64,000 nucleotides of DNA from the NCBI GenBank assembly GCA_034780895.1, contig JAUZTB010000087.1, forward strand, positions 62,670,514 through 62,734,513, written 5' to 3'. The notes beneath the pieces were generated by a model that saw nothing but the letters and a program-made list of their open reading frames with translations, made no database searches and was not told where the DNA came from. Position 1 is the stretch's first letter. Each line of letters starts with the position of its first letter. Shown here piece by piece: positions 13,594 to 25,959 of the stretch. The DNA is from Rhynchobatus australiae (Eukaryota). The position numbers and the translations under genes are program-made.

Positions 13594-13936
13594 CAGTGTG
13601 ATGTTGGCCCACTAATTAGCCTGACAATGGTATGTTATTAATGCTGGCCCGCTAAAGTTATCCAGACAGCAGTGTGACATGAATGCTGGCCTACTAATTA
13701 GCCTGAGAGTAGCATGGTGTTAATGCTAGCCCACTAAATTAACCCAGTGTGACATTACTGCTGGCCCACTAAATTAGTCCAACAGCAGTGTGATATTAAT
13801 GCTAACCCATCGAATAACCCAGACAGTAGCATGATATTAGTGCTGTCCCACCAGCTATGGTCAACAGCAGTGTGACATTCATGCTAAATTTGTCCCCTAG
13901 CTGCACGATATTAATGCTGACCCATTAAATTACTCC
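13594..13936. repeat. Degenerate ~41-bp minisatellite, about 9 copies
   Basis: Repeating unit approximately gcagtgtgacattaatgctggcccactaaattagcccagaca, read directly from the sequence. Confidence 0.85.
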
Positions 13937-15139
13937 TGCAGAAGCTGATCCAATGAATTATTTATATGTAAAGAGAAGCCGCATGATCCATTATGCCTGC
14001 ACTAGCCCTCTGATCAAGCTGCCAATAACTTCCACCATATTGCTCCTTGCCCACAGGCATAAATATTTCTAAATGTTCATCCAATGAGTTACAAATGAAT
14101 CTCTTTCCATCAACTTTTCTGCCACTCCTAATTAGAGAAACACCTCACACAAAAAAGCTACAAATTATCCATCAATTTTCTTAACTTCCTGTTTTCTACT
14201 GCTTACATTTCAGATTTCTAGTTTTTATGATTTTCAATTATTGATTCCCAACTGAATTCGTCAGACTGGGGTTTAGTTTCTGCTCAATGAGCTTCCCTTC
14301 CTCTCATTTCTCTCCTCCCCTCCATGTTATTTGGCCAGGTAACACCTACTTGTGGCACAAAAAAAAAGCAGTTGATAGACTCTGAAAGATACCGTTAACA
14401 GATTACAATATCAAAGATAGGGATTCAGGCTAGCACAAAAAATTGCAGTTTACTATCATATGAACTGCAATACTGGNNNATCATAACCTTGAAAGCACAT
14501 CCTTAAACAATGGATTATTTTTGCAGTAGGTTCCCAACAAGGTCAGATCAGTGTGTCACAGATCCGTAAATAAACTGTTGTCAAGAGAATTAGAAATTGC
14601 ATGATAAACTAATTTCCAGAAATTCTGTATGCTAAATTAAAGACAGGCTTCTATCATTGTACACATAATTATTATGTAGTATTATAGGCACGTTGAGAAG
14701 ATACAGGGTTGTAAAACAGCCAAATTAGAAAGATCTACCTGCATTAACAATTTAAGAAGACCTGCCTCTAGATGGCGAAGCACATCAGTATTAAAATCCA
14801 TAGCATCTAAATGGTGATACAGTAACATTAGCAGAACTTCCTGTCCATATCTTAATCTGGGCAAACAGTTTCCCCATAGCTTAACAATAAACAACTTCAC
14901 AAAATAACTGCCAAGTATTTCTGATAGCCAAACAGACTAGAAACTATAACATGGACTTGACCCAAAAATGTCACCTAAAAGATTAAGGGGAAATTGCTCT
15001 GCAAATAGCAGTTTACAATCTGTATGCAGAAAGAAATCACCTGCAATGAATTCTCTTCCCATTTCTGATTATTACATCTGATGCCTCCAAAGGATATATT
15101 CTTGACCCTCTCTGCATCCACTCATTTGGATAAGTACAT

Positions 15140-15262
15140 GAATATGAGAGGTTTACAGGGATATAAGCCAACTGCAAGCAAACAGGACTAGCCTGGCAGG
15201 TACCGTGTTCGGCATAGAAGATATGGGCCGAAGGACCTGCTTCCATGCTATATAACTATACA
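15140..15262 (+). mobile_element. CR1 3' tail
   Basis: gagaggtttacagggatataagcc...atgggccgaaggacctgcttccatgctatataactata. Confidence 0.7.
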
Positions 15263-15818
15263 ATCCGAGGAGTTACAATTGTGTGATGGCCCACACTTTC
15301 AACATACACTTAGATCTGAAAGTCAGATTACAGTTCAGCTTCAAAACTACACAAATGTGTACAGACTCACTAGAAGTTTAGGGAAAGACTGAGAAGAGGC
15401 AAATCAATAACCAATTTACTTCGTAGTTCCCCCATAACTATTAGCTTGTCAATGGGCTTTCAGATCTCTTACATTATGAATCTCAGCAAACTCTTTGGGA
15501 GCACTGCAAGTAAGAAAAACAGGCAACCATGTCATGTTTCAGCAAATAAATGATAGGCCTAAAAGTACAAGTTCAACAAGAGATAAAACCAGAACTCACA
15601 GGAACAAAAATAGTTTTAAGATGGTGAACAACTTGTCTCCAAATTGAGCTCCACTGGTAGAAAAAAGTGGGAGTTAAAATTAGCCTCAATATCTAGTTAG
15701 GCACTCTGGATAAGACTGAAGATGTAAAGACAAAGTATGAAGATGCCAATAGGAATAGAAGTTAACTCTGCATGCAGTGATCCACTAATAAAGTATGGAA
15801 TGGCAAACTAATGTTTTA

Positions 15819-16460
15819 TCAAATGAAGCAGAGTTTATTGTCATATGCACAGGTGCAATGAAAAACTTATTTGAAGCAGCATCACAGGCACATATATAAG
15901 CAGCATTCACAAAAAAAAAACAAATTAAACAATATTATACACAATTTTTTACAAGAATGAATGCAAAAAGAAGAAAAAAAGTCCATTTTAATGCAAAGTG
16001 ATCAGAGTGTGCATAGTGTTGCTGAACACTGGTGATTAGGGTTTTTGCCTGTTGGTTCAAGAGCCAAATGGTTGAAAGGAAGTAGCTGTTCTTGAACCTG
16101 GTGGTGTGGAACTTCAGACTTCTGTACCTCCTGCCTTATGGTAGCTGCTCAAAGACGGCATGACCAGGATGGTGGGGATCTCTGATGATAGATGTTGCCT
16201 TGAGGCAGCGCCTCCTGTAAATACTCCCAATGGTGTGGAGGGACGTGCCTGTGATGTATTGGGCTGAGTCCACTACTCTCTGCAGTTTCTTACGTTTCTG
16301 TGCATTCGAATTGCCAAACCAGATCATGATGCAACCAGTCAGGCTACTTTCAACAGTACATCTATTGAAGTTTGTTCACAAGTTCAGTTACAAGCCGATC
16401 CTCCTAAGAAAGTAAAGACACAGGCATGCTATCCTTATGATTGCATCTATGTGCTAGTCC
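15819..16460 (-). mobile_element. Rex1/Babar-type LINE, 5'-truncated
   Basis: ORF 16136-16327 (WFGNSNAQKRKKLQRVVDSAQYITGTSL...IIRDPHHPGH) is a Rex1-like ORF2 C-terminus; same subfamily as 21190-22277. Confidence 0.85.
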
Positions 16461-16994
16461 TAAAAACCTTAAGTGTGCCCACCTTCATAATTCCCAGACA
16501 GCGAACCGCAACACTTTGTGAAAATTTGTGGAAAGGAGAAATAATAACTGAAAATCTTGTTTTTTTTTAATTTAAGTTTTTCCTTCTCCTTAAAATGATG
16601 TTATACTTTGTATGTCTGCAAACGAGGTGGAAGCAACAGTGAACAGCAGGGCATCAATATAGAAAGGGAATACAGAAACAAGCATTGTCTAAACTTCAAT
16701 TGTATGCAAAAAGCTAAAGTTGATGTGCCCCTTACAGACTACTGCTCGTCTTCACACAGGACATTGAAAGGTTCCAAGAAACAGCAAAGTATAGCTCCAG
16801 TGTAAATAAGGACTTCAAAAGAAAGTAACAAGAGCAAAAGAACTGGAGAAGTTAGTGGGACTGAATGGTGATAAAGATTCAAGAACACTTCCCACAAATT
16901 GGAATATGGCAAATATATCTCCACTGTTTAAGGATGGAGAGTGAAAACAAGGAATCATAGACTACCTCACCTAACATCAGGATTCCATATTCCT

Positions 16995-17240
16995 TCTGAC
17001 ACAACAGGCCATTTGATCCATCAAGTCTATGACAGCTCTCGGAACAATCCCAATCAACTAATATCCTTTTAACTTCTCTCACATGCCAATTAACCCCGAT
17101 TCTCCCGGTAACTATCTACACTTGGAGTTTATTTTTAGAGTGGCCCAACAACCAGCTTGTCTTTGGAATATGGGAGGAAACTGGAGCACCCAGGGAAAAC
17201 TCACATGGCCACAGGGGGAACATGCAAATGCCACACAGAT
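16995..17240 (-). mobile_element. V-SINE, head missing next to the Rex1 copy
   Basis: ctttggaatatgggaggaaactggagcacccagggaaaactcacatggccacagggggaacatgcaaa is the reverse-complemented V-domain. Confidence 0.8.
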
Positions 17241-17259
17241 GTGATAGTAAAAAAATGCT

Positions 17260-18585
17260 GGTATCACTTGGTATTGGTTTATTATTGTCACTAGTACTGA
17301 GATACAGCGAAAAGCTTGTCTTACAAACCAATCGTACAGGTCAGTTCATTACACAGAGCAGTTACATTGAGTCAGTACAGAGTGCATTGATGTAGTACAT
17401 GTAAAAACAATAACATTAAAGTGTCCCAGCTACAGAAAAAGTGCAGTGCAATAAGGTGCAAGGTCACAACAAGGTAGATCGCGAGGTCATAGTCCATCTC
17501 ATTGTATAAGGGAACCGTTCAATAGTCTTTTCACAGTGGGGTTGAAACTGTCCTTAAGTCTGGTGGTATGTGCCCTCAGGCTCCTGTATCTTCTGCTCGA
17601 TGGAAGAGGAGAGGAGAGAATACCCGGGTGGGTGGGGTCTTTGATTATGCTGGCTGCTACACCAAGACAGCGAAAGGTAAAGACAGAGTCCAAGGAGGGG
17701 AGGCTGGTGTCCGTGATGCACTGGGCTGTGTCAACAACTCTCTGCAGCTTCTTGCCGTCCCGAGCAGAGCAGCTGCCGTACCAAGCCATAATGCATCCAG
17801 ATAGGATGCTTTCTATNNNNNNNNNNNNNNNNNNNNNNNNNNNNNNNNNNNNNNNNNNNNNNNNNNNNNNNNNNNNNNNNNNNNNNNNNNNNNNNNNNNN
17901 NNNNNNNNNNNNNNNNCCATTGATGTAGACAGGTGCATGTACACCACCCCCTTTCCTGAAGTCAATGACCAGCTCTTTTGTTTTGTTGACATTAAGGGCA
18001 AGGTTGCTGTCATGACACCATTCCACTAAGCTCTCTATCTCCTTCCTGTACTGCGACTCATTGCTGTTTGAGATACGGCCTACAACGGTGGTATCATCTG
18101 CAAACTTGTAGATGGAATTAGAGCAGAATCTGGCCACACAGTTATGAGTGTTAAGGGAGTAGAGGGCTGAGGACGCACCCTTGTAGGGCATCAGTGTTGA
18201 GAACAATCGTGCCGGAGATATTGCTGCCTATCCTCAGTGATTGCGGCCTGTTTGTTAGAAAGTCAAGGATCCAGTTACAGAGGGAGGTGTTGAGTCCTAG
18301 GTCTGAGTTTGGTGACAAGCTTACTTCGGATTATTGTATTGAAGGCAGAGATGTAGTCAATAGTCTCACGTAGGTGTCTTTACTGTCCAGATACTCTGGA
18401 GCTGCGTGTAGGGCCAGGGACATAGCATCCGCTGTAGACCTGTTTCGACGATGGGCAAATTGCAATGGGTCCAGGTTGTCTGGTAGGCTAGAGTTGATGC
18501 GTGCCATGATCAACCTCTCAAAGCACTTCATGGTGGTGGATGTCAGAGCCACTGGTCGGTAGTCATTGAGGCATGTTATCTTGCT
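17260..18585 (-). mobile_element. Rex1/Babar-type LINE RT remnant (frameshifted, contains a gap)
   Basis: ORF fragments [13 protein letters not shown]...[17 protein letters not shown] and SIYKFADDTTVVGRIS...LNVNKTKELVIDFRK include the FADD RT motif; 3' UTR ends in tgacaataataaaccaatacc on the minus strand. Confidence 0.92.
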
Positions 18586-19043
18586 TTTGTCAAGGAAGTC
18601 TCAACAGTGCATTTGGGAAATAAGAGGATTGGGCAGAGTCAATGTGGATTTATGAAAAAGAAAACTTTTGACAAATCAGTTAAAATTTTGGGCTGTATTT
18701 AGCAAAATAGATAAGGGTGAATCAGTGAATATGATTTATACTTTCAGAAGGCAAATAAGGTGTCAAATAAGAAGTTATTGAACAAAATTTGAATGCCAGT
18801 ACTGGCAGTAAACTCATTCATGTCAATTGAACAGCAGAAAATAATAGGATAAATAGATAATTTTCAGAATACTAGACTGTGACATGTGGGATGGCACAGT
18901 GTTTGGTACCAGGATCCGACTAGTTTACAGCCTACATTGATGATTTGGTGATAGAATCAAGTGAAATATATCCAGATTTGATGGTTAAGAGCATGGGTGG
19001 CAGTGTGGGCTGTGAAAAAGGATGCAGAAGAGCTTCATAAATA

Positions 19044-19258
19044 GAGAGGTTGATCATGGCACGCATCAACTCTAGCCTACCAGACAACCTGGACCCATTG
19101 CAATTTGCCCATCGTCAAAACCAGTCTACAGCGGATGCCATGTCCCTGGCCCAACACTCAGCTCCAGAGCATCTGGACAGTAAAGACACCTACGTGAGAC
19201 TATTGACTACATCTCTGCCTTCAATACAATAATCCCAAGTAAGCTTGTCACCAAACTC
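19044..19258 (+). repeat. Inverted 215-bp copy of Rex1 segment 18305-18519
   Basis: Reverse complement matches with about 8 substitutions by manual comparison; both copies read [13 protein letters not shown] with the same apparent frameshift. Confidence 0.9.
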
Positions 19259-19425
19259 TTCTACAAAATATGATACATCTTGTGGAAAAAGAAAAAAAAA
19301 TGAGATGGAATATTTTTTTAGATGGTCAGAATTTAAAAAGTGTTGATGGGCAGAGGGACCAGGTGTCCTTGTACTTAAATCACAGTTAACCTGCAAGTCC
19401 AACAAGCAATTAAGAAGACAAAACA

Positions 19426-19632
19426 GTCATAGAACATGGAACATACAGCATGGAAACAGGCTCTTGGCCCACCATGTCCGTGTTGACCTGAAGCATCCAT
19501 TTACACTAATCCTTTTTTTATTCTCCCCAGGTTCCCATTAATTCTCCCCCCCTCCCCCACGGTGTCTATCACTCACCCACACATTAGGGGCAATTTATAG
19601 TACTGTGGCCAATTAACCTACTGACAGTACGT
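19426..19632 (-). mobile_element. V-SINE 3' half inserted in CR1
   Basis: catacagcatggaaacaggctcttggcccacc...cattaggggcaatttatag...ggccaattaaccta. Confidence 0.75.
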
Positions 19633-21189
19633 TGGCCATCACTGGAAGAACATTTCAGTGCTATAAAGACATTTTGCTCCAATTATATAAAGCTATGATG
19701 AGAGTTCCTCTGAAATACTGTGAAATAAGAGGTGATATCTCCATTCTGAAGGACATACTTGCGACTGAGGCAGTTCAACAAATGTTTATCAGATTGAATG
19801 CTGTCATTTTTATCTCACGCCAATGAATCCAGATTCTCTCACCAGGTTCATCATGTGAGAAATTAAGCAGACTGGCCCTGTTCTCTCATGTTTAGCAAAA
19901 TGACAGAAGATCTCATTGAAACATACAACATTTTTATGGGTCATGCAGGGATGATCTTTCCATTCACTGAGGTATTGTGAACCAGGGATCACATTCTCAA
20001 AACAAGTGTTCAGCCATTAAGGACAGAGATCGGAAGAAATTTCTTCACCAGGGCATGCTGAATCTGAAATTTCCACTCAAGTGATGCAGAGGCTCAGTCA
20101 TGGGGTACATTCAAGACAAAGGTTGATAGATTTTGAGATTAAGGGAATCAAGGGATATGCAATTAGTGCAAGAAGGTGGTGCTGGGGTAAAAGATCACCA
20201 TGATTTTAATGAACAGTAGGGCAAACAAAATGGCTCAATGAGCTATCCCTGCTTCTATGCACTTATGGGTAGAAAGCAGTCCACTTACTTTACCAGATGA
20301 AATTTTAGGAGTGAAAAGAGAAATGACAAAATGAAATAAGTTAAAATGAAACTGAAAATGAAATAAAAGTAAAAAAAACTAAATGCAGGGAGAGAAAGTA
20401 GTAAGAAGGAAACGTAACAAACATAAACATTTAAAATATTAAAATCCCCTTGGGACAACCTTCTTACATGTAGAAGTGAGAATCCACAATTTTATGTGTT
20501 TCCTTTCTGTGCAGGAAAGATAGAGTTGCATTCCAGAGAGACAAATCTATTAAAAGGTTCCTCATGTGCCAGCCTAATTTCTGCAGAGATGAGAGTTCAC
20601 TCTANNNNNNNNNNNNNNNNNNNNNNNNNNNNNNNNNNNNNNNNNNNNNNNNNNNNNNNNNNNNNNNNNNNNNNNNNNNNNNNNNNNNNNNNNNNNNNNN
20701 NNNNNNNNNNNNNNNNNNNNNNNNNNNNNNNNNNNNNNNNNNNNNNNNNNNNNNNNNNNNNNNNNNNNNNNNNNNNNNNNNNNNNNNNNNNNNNNNNNNN
20801 NCTCAGAATATTTTTTTTAAATATTTGATTTGAATCACAACCTTTAGGCTTCACAATTGTTTATCCTGAAGTGAAAAGGTGGGATAAAAGGTTTAAAACA
20901 TTTTGCAAGACTGAAACTTTAGTAATTGCAAAGCAAGATTTCCTGCACTTGACTGATAACTTTTCCCCACAGGATAGATGCAACAAGTGAAATCACAGAT
21001 TTGCTTGCAAGAATGTAATAATGTCTGGGCTGTGTCAGTGTCATAACCACAAACCATTTTTTCTTTTAGACAGAATACTAATTGGTGTTGTGGCGAGGCA
21101 GCAAGAGCACTTTATCTAAATTAGATCTGAATGTTCTGTGTTTAGGTATGAAAGTGAAAAGAATTGGAACCATATATAAAACCTAATTA

Positions 21190-22277
21190 ACTGGGCCTCT
21201 GAACCTCCCTCTGCAACTGGATACTCAACTTCCTCATCAGCAGACCTCAGTGAGGATTGGTAACACCATCTCCTCCTCTCTGACCATGAACACAGGTGCA
21301 CCTCAAGGCTGCATGCTTAGCCCCTGCTTAATTCTCTGTACACACAATTGTGTGGCTAAGCACAGTTCCAATGCCATACACAAATCTGCTGACAATACTA
21401 CTGTTGTTGGACAAACCACAGATGGTGATAACCTAGCTTACCAAAGTGAGATAGGACACCTGGTTGAGTGGTAACACAACAACCAACTTTCATTCAATGT
21501 CAGTAAATCTAAAGAGCTGATTGTTGACTTCTGGAAGAGGAAAGAGGACAAACACATGCCCGTCTACATTGGTGGGGGGGGAGGGAGAGGAAAAAAAAAT
21601 AATCGGCAGTGGAGAGAGACAGCAACTTTAAATTTCTGGGTGTTAATATATCAGATGGCCTGACCTAGACCCTGCATATGGATTCAATCAAAGGGAAGTG
21701 CACTAGCATCTTTATTTTCTTAGGAGATTAAGGAGATTCAGCTCATCACTGAACACACCAACAAACTTTAACAAATTGTTGAAAGTGTCCTGACTGGTTC
21801 CATCATGGTCTGGTACACAGGAACGTAAAAAGCTGTAGAGAGTAGTGGACTCTGCCCAATACATTATAGGCACATCCCTCCTCACCAGTGGTAGTATATA
21901 CAGGAAGCACTGCCTCAAGAAAGCAACATGTATCAAAGATCCCCACCATCTGGGCCATGCCATCTTCTAGCAGCTACCAGTGAGTAGGAGGTACCAGGTT
22001 CAAAAACAGCTACTTCCCATCAATCACCTGGGTCTTGAACCAACCAGAACAATCCTAATCACTACAGTTTAGCAACACCATGACTACTTTGATCAATTTG
22101 CACTAAAATGGACTTTGTTTTTTCTTTGTTCTAATTGTGTTCTTACTGGTTAAAAAAAAGTTTAATTTATGTTTATTTTTCTTGTAAGTGCTGATGTGAT
22201 GCTGCTGCAAGCAAGTTTTTCATTGCACCTGTACATGTACTTTTACATATGACAATAAACTCAACTTTGACTTTGAT
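21190..22277 (+). mobile_element. Rex1/Babar-type LINE RT remnant
   Basis: ORF 21250-21474: RIGNTISSSLTMNTGAPQGCMLSP...HKSADNTTVVG (degenerate GAPQG and FADD motifs); tail gacaataaactcaactttgactttga. Confidence 0.9.
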
Positions 22278-23749
22278 TTAAAAAGAGCAAGGAAGAGCAC
22301 ATCAAGTGCAGGTAATTGTACTTACATCCATCACATCTGAAATTATGCCATTGCACCAAAGTGTGTGTCAAACCATTTGAAACTTCAGGAAATAAGAGTG
22401 AATCATACAAATTTTCATTTCTAATCTGAATCCAACAGAAACTAAAAGGGTACAAAACTGACAGTGCACATCAAATTTGATGCACAATGCAATGAAACAC
22501 GGGAATACTTGCACTAGATCTAAGGCAAAGTAAATTCTGATTTCTAAATGCACTTGAAGAGTCACAGCTGAGTATATTCCTCTTTACAAAACAGCATTGA
22601 ATTTAAAGACACTGTACACATTTTTTGATACAGAGTATAAAAGCTCCCATTTCCAAAGGGGGATTGATCCCNNNNNNNNNNNNNNNNNNNNNNNNNNNNN
22701 NNNNNNNNNNNNNNNNNNNNNNNNNNNNNNNNNNNNNNNNNNNNNNNNNNNNNNNNNNNNNNNNNNNNNNNNNNNNNNNNNNNNNNNNNNNNNNNNNNNN
22801 NNNNNNNNNNNNNNNNNNNNNNNNNNNNNNNNNNNNNNNNNNNNNNNNNNNNNNNNNNNNNNNNNAGGACCTTCAAACATTGAACACTTCAGTTCTGAAA
22901 CTACAGCTTGCATTAGCAATAAAAAGCTGGCATCAGTCTCCTACAAAGCCATTAATTCATCAAATCAAAGAAAATAAGGGACTTTAATAAACACTGATGT
23001 CATCCCACTGTTCATTGATGTCCATTTTAGAGTTCTAAAGATCAAAAAAGCACAAAACTCTGCTTTTACATTTAGAGCAACCCTATTGTCTGAGGGAGAA
23101 TTGGTTTTGGCAATAGCTGTGTCTGGAATTAACAGTTTCTTCCAACCATTGTTTTTGCCTAGCAGGCGTGGATTGTGGCCTGGGCTTGTGTGCTTTGTGT
23201 GCTTTGATGATACAGCAATTACCATCAAAGAAAACACAAAACACCTAATCAACTGCATGTGCCCACTGATTTCCTTATACCAAAGTGAAATAACACTAAC
23301 ATTTTCAGCTGTTTGTAATTTTAATCTCTGGAGTTGTTAATGGTGGGAAATGAAATATACAATTGCGATAGAACATTAAATACATAAGCAGTAAGGTATG
23401 CACCATTTTAGATTATTTAAGCTGTTTTAACCACCTTTGGACTCTTGTTCCCATATCATTGTACCCCCTGGAATTTGTTATTTATGTACCTTAAATCCCT
23501 TTCAATTTTACACTCACACATATCTTAGCTTCACTTTCACTATTTGTATCAGTTGATGAATTGATAACTACTAGGAGAACTTCTGTTTTAAAAATGCAGC
23601 AAGTTACGATCTGAAATCCACTGTCTGAATGGGTCATGAAAAAAAGATTCAATAATAACTTTCAAAACAAAAACTTGAAAAGGGAAAATTCCAAGGTGAT
23701 GGCAAAAAGGGAATTGGAACAATTTTAGATAATCCCTTGAAAATGGCCA

Positions 23750-23815
23750 AGTTTTTCCATTGCATCTGTGCATACGTGTAATTGTGCATATGACAATAAA
23801 CTCTTCTTTGACTTC
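23750..23815 (-). mobile_element. Short Rex1-type 3' tail fragment (orientation as 21190-22277 tail read on +; strand call uncertain)
   Basis: aagtttttccattgcatctgtgcatacgtg...atatgacaataaactc matches the tail at 22213-22265. Confidence 0.55.
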
Positions 23816-23969
23816 CACCGAATTCTTCATTATCAATGACCTTTGTAACTAAAATTATGGCATTCCATATTTTTCTCTGATGGAGCCAATTCAGCATAGA
23901 TATAACTAACAATTACTATTAGTTCTTTAACAGACAGATCTCAAATTTATATTAAAAAAATGACTTGGA

Positions 23970-24785
23970 TGAAGGCAGTGAAGCTATGATGTTAAATTTA
24001 CTATTGAGACAAAAATGGGGTGGGAAATTAAATTGTAAAGAGGACAAAAAGGATAAAGATAACAGAAGGTTACCTTTTATTGATAGGGGAGCTGAACACA
24101 AAAATAAGGTTATGCTCTAGTTATAAAAGCTACTGGTGAGACAATTTCTGGAGTAGTCTTGGTCTCCCGATTAAAGGAATGACGTTAGTGTGAAAGCAGT
24201 TCAGAGGAGGNNNNNNNNNNNNNNNNNNNNNNNNNNNNNNNNNNNNNNNNNNNNNNNNNNNNNNNNNNNNNNNNNNNNNNNNNNNNNNNNNNNNNNNNNN
24301 NNNNNNNNNNTGACGTTAGTGTGAAAGCAGTTCAGAGGAGGTTTACTTGACTAATACCTGAAATCCATGAGTTGCCTGATGAGGAAAGGTTGGACCAGCC
24401 AGCCTTTTATCCACTGGAGTTTAGAAGAGCAAGGGGAACTTGACTGAAGCAAAATCCAGAGGGCTCTAACCAGGATGGGTTTTGTAAGGGAATCTAGAAC
24501 TATGGGTCACTTATTTTAAAATAAGAGATTGCCCACTTAAGACAAAAAGGAAGTGATTTCTTTTCTCCAAGCACCACGAGTCTTCGGAACTCTTCCTCAA
24601 ATGGTGGTGGAATAAGTCTTAAGGCAGAGGTAGATAGGCACTTGATAAGCAAAGGACTGAAAAGTTAGCATGGATAGGCAGGAATTCAGAGTTGAGTTTA
24701 TAGTCAGACTAACCGTGACATTAAATGACACAGCTGGCTTAAAGGGCCAAGTGATCTACTCCAGCATCAAATTCATATGTTCCCA
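23970..24785 (+). mobile_element. CR1 LINE 3' fragment
   Basis: gaagcagttcagaggaggtttacttgactaatacctg (AVQRRFT-LIP), ctggagtttagaagagcaagggg, aaggcagaggtagatagg. Confidence 0.75.
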
Positions 24786-25184
24786 ATGTAGGACTAATAA
24801 CTCTAAACTATACATTCATAAGTCATTGTTGGCTTTTGGCAGTAAAATTGCATGTGACCAGGAAACTTCTTCACTCATCATGGTTAATCAAGCCAAGGGA
24901 CCAACACTGGTTCAATGAACATAACAGGACTTGCTGGGAGCAGCATCCAAAAATGACGTGTTAACTTGGCTATGTTAAACAGCATGCTCAACAGCAAAAG
25001 TGATATGCAAGTTGACAGTAAAGTGATGCCGGGACCAGAGGACTGGACCAAATCAAAGCTCTATAGTTCAACCATAACAAGTTGCAATGGTGATGAACAG
25101 GTAAATAAAGGTGGCTGTTCCAAGAACATCCCCATCCTCACAGGAACATGGGAAACCAAGGCTGGGTGATGAGGAGCCCAAGAA

Positions 25185-25486
25185 CCAGCTAGTGGAACAA
25201 CTGGTGTTGCCTCTCAATGCCAGAAATCTGGGTTCAACCCTGACCTTGGGAGCTGTGTGGGTTTCCTCCAGGTGCTTTGGTTTACTCCCATATCCTAAAG
25301 GCATGCAAAGTTGGTAGGTTGATTGGTTATGACAAATTGTCTCTAGCGTGTAGGTGAATGGTAAAATCTGGAGGAGCTAATGATAATGCGGCAAGAACAA
25401 AAAAAAGAGATTAATACAAGACGGTGGTCGGCAAAGACACAATGGACCAAAGTGCCTGTTTCTATGCTGCATCTCTCAATGACTCA
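25185..25486 (+). mobile_element. V-SINE (HE1-like)
   Basis: B-box ggttcaacc, gtgggtttcctccaggtgctttggtttactcccatatcc V-domain, tail gcctgtttctatgctgcatctctcaatgactc. Confidence 0.85.
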
Positions 25487-25614
25487 AAAGGGTCAGGGAG
25501 TTTAATATGCATTTTCTTTAAACAAATGTTCTGGAAAATAAAGTTTTAATTGGATAAGTAGTAATTAATTTAATAGTAAAGGTACATTAAATCTTTTGTT
25601 CATGTGGTAAGTTT

Positions 25615-25935
25615 TTTTTGGGGGATCTGGGCATTTACTGCCTATCCCCAACTGCCCTTAAATTGAGGGCAATTGTGTCAGATATGTAATAGGACCCAAC
25701 ATTGGAGGGTCAGGGGTCAAGGCTAGATTACTTAAGGATGACGGATTTCCTTTCCTGAAGGGCATTGATAAACTAGATAGGTTTTTTGGACAATCCAGTG
25801 GTTTTCAGATCTTTTTACAAATGATTAGTTTCTTTATTGCAGATTATTAATTGATTTTAAATTCCGCATCTATCATGGTAGGACTTGAATTTGTCTCTGG
25901 ATTGTTAGTCTAGGCCTCGGATTACCAGTCTGGTA
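25615..25935 (-). mobile_element. tRNA-derived SINE with CR1-like tail, degraded
   Basis: Minus strand begins gactggtaatccgaggcctagactaacaatccagagacaaattcaagtcctaccatg (B-box-like); + strand gcatttactgcctatccccaactgccctt resembles a CR1-like tail. Confidence 0.55.
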
Positions 25936-25959
25936 AATTAATCTAACAGGGAACAAAAG

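Larger units (their letters stand above)
18590..20268 (+). mobile_element. CR1 LINE ORF2 and 3' UTR remnant, interrupted by an inverted Rex1 copy and a V-SINE
   Basis: gtcaatgtggatttatgaaaaag (QHGF-like), actttcagaaggca (DFQKA), LLQLYKAMMRVPLKYC, aaatttcttcacca, gggaatcaagggatatg tail. Confidence 0.8.

Noticed and set aside
13594-13936. CRISPR-like reading of the ~41-bp repeat
   Set aside because: Units are contiguous and degenerate with no unique spacers, there are no cas genes, and the context is vertebrate.
17499-18206. 235-aa ORF as a functional gene
   Set aside because: It is a truncated, frameshifted Rex1-type RT fragment that spans an N-gap.
22326-22382. 57-nt in-frame segment before a GTAAGT donor (-), and a similar 54-nt segment at ~13326-13379
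   Set aside because: Weak acceptors, unrecognised peptides and an in-frame stop in the second; indistinguishable from pseudo-exons.
24181-24340. Direct repeats flanking N-gaps (24181-24210/24311-24340; ~36592-36649/36884-36940; ~52434-52492/52593-52651; 5219-5231/5334-5346)
   Set aside because: Near-identical sequence on both sides of scaffold gaps is the usual signature of unmerged overlapping contig ends or haplotypes, not LTRs or target-site duplications.
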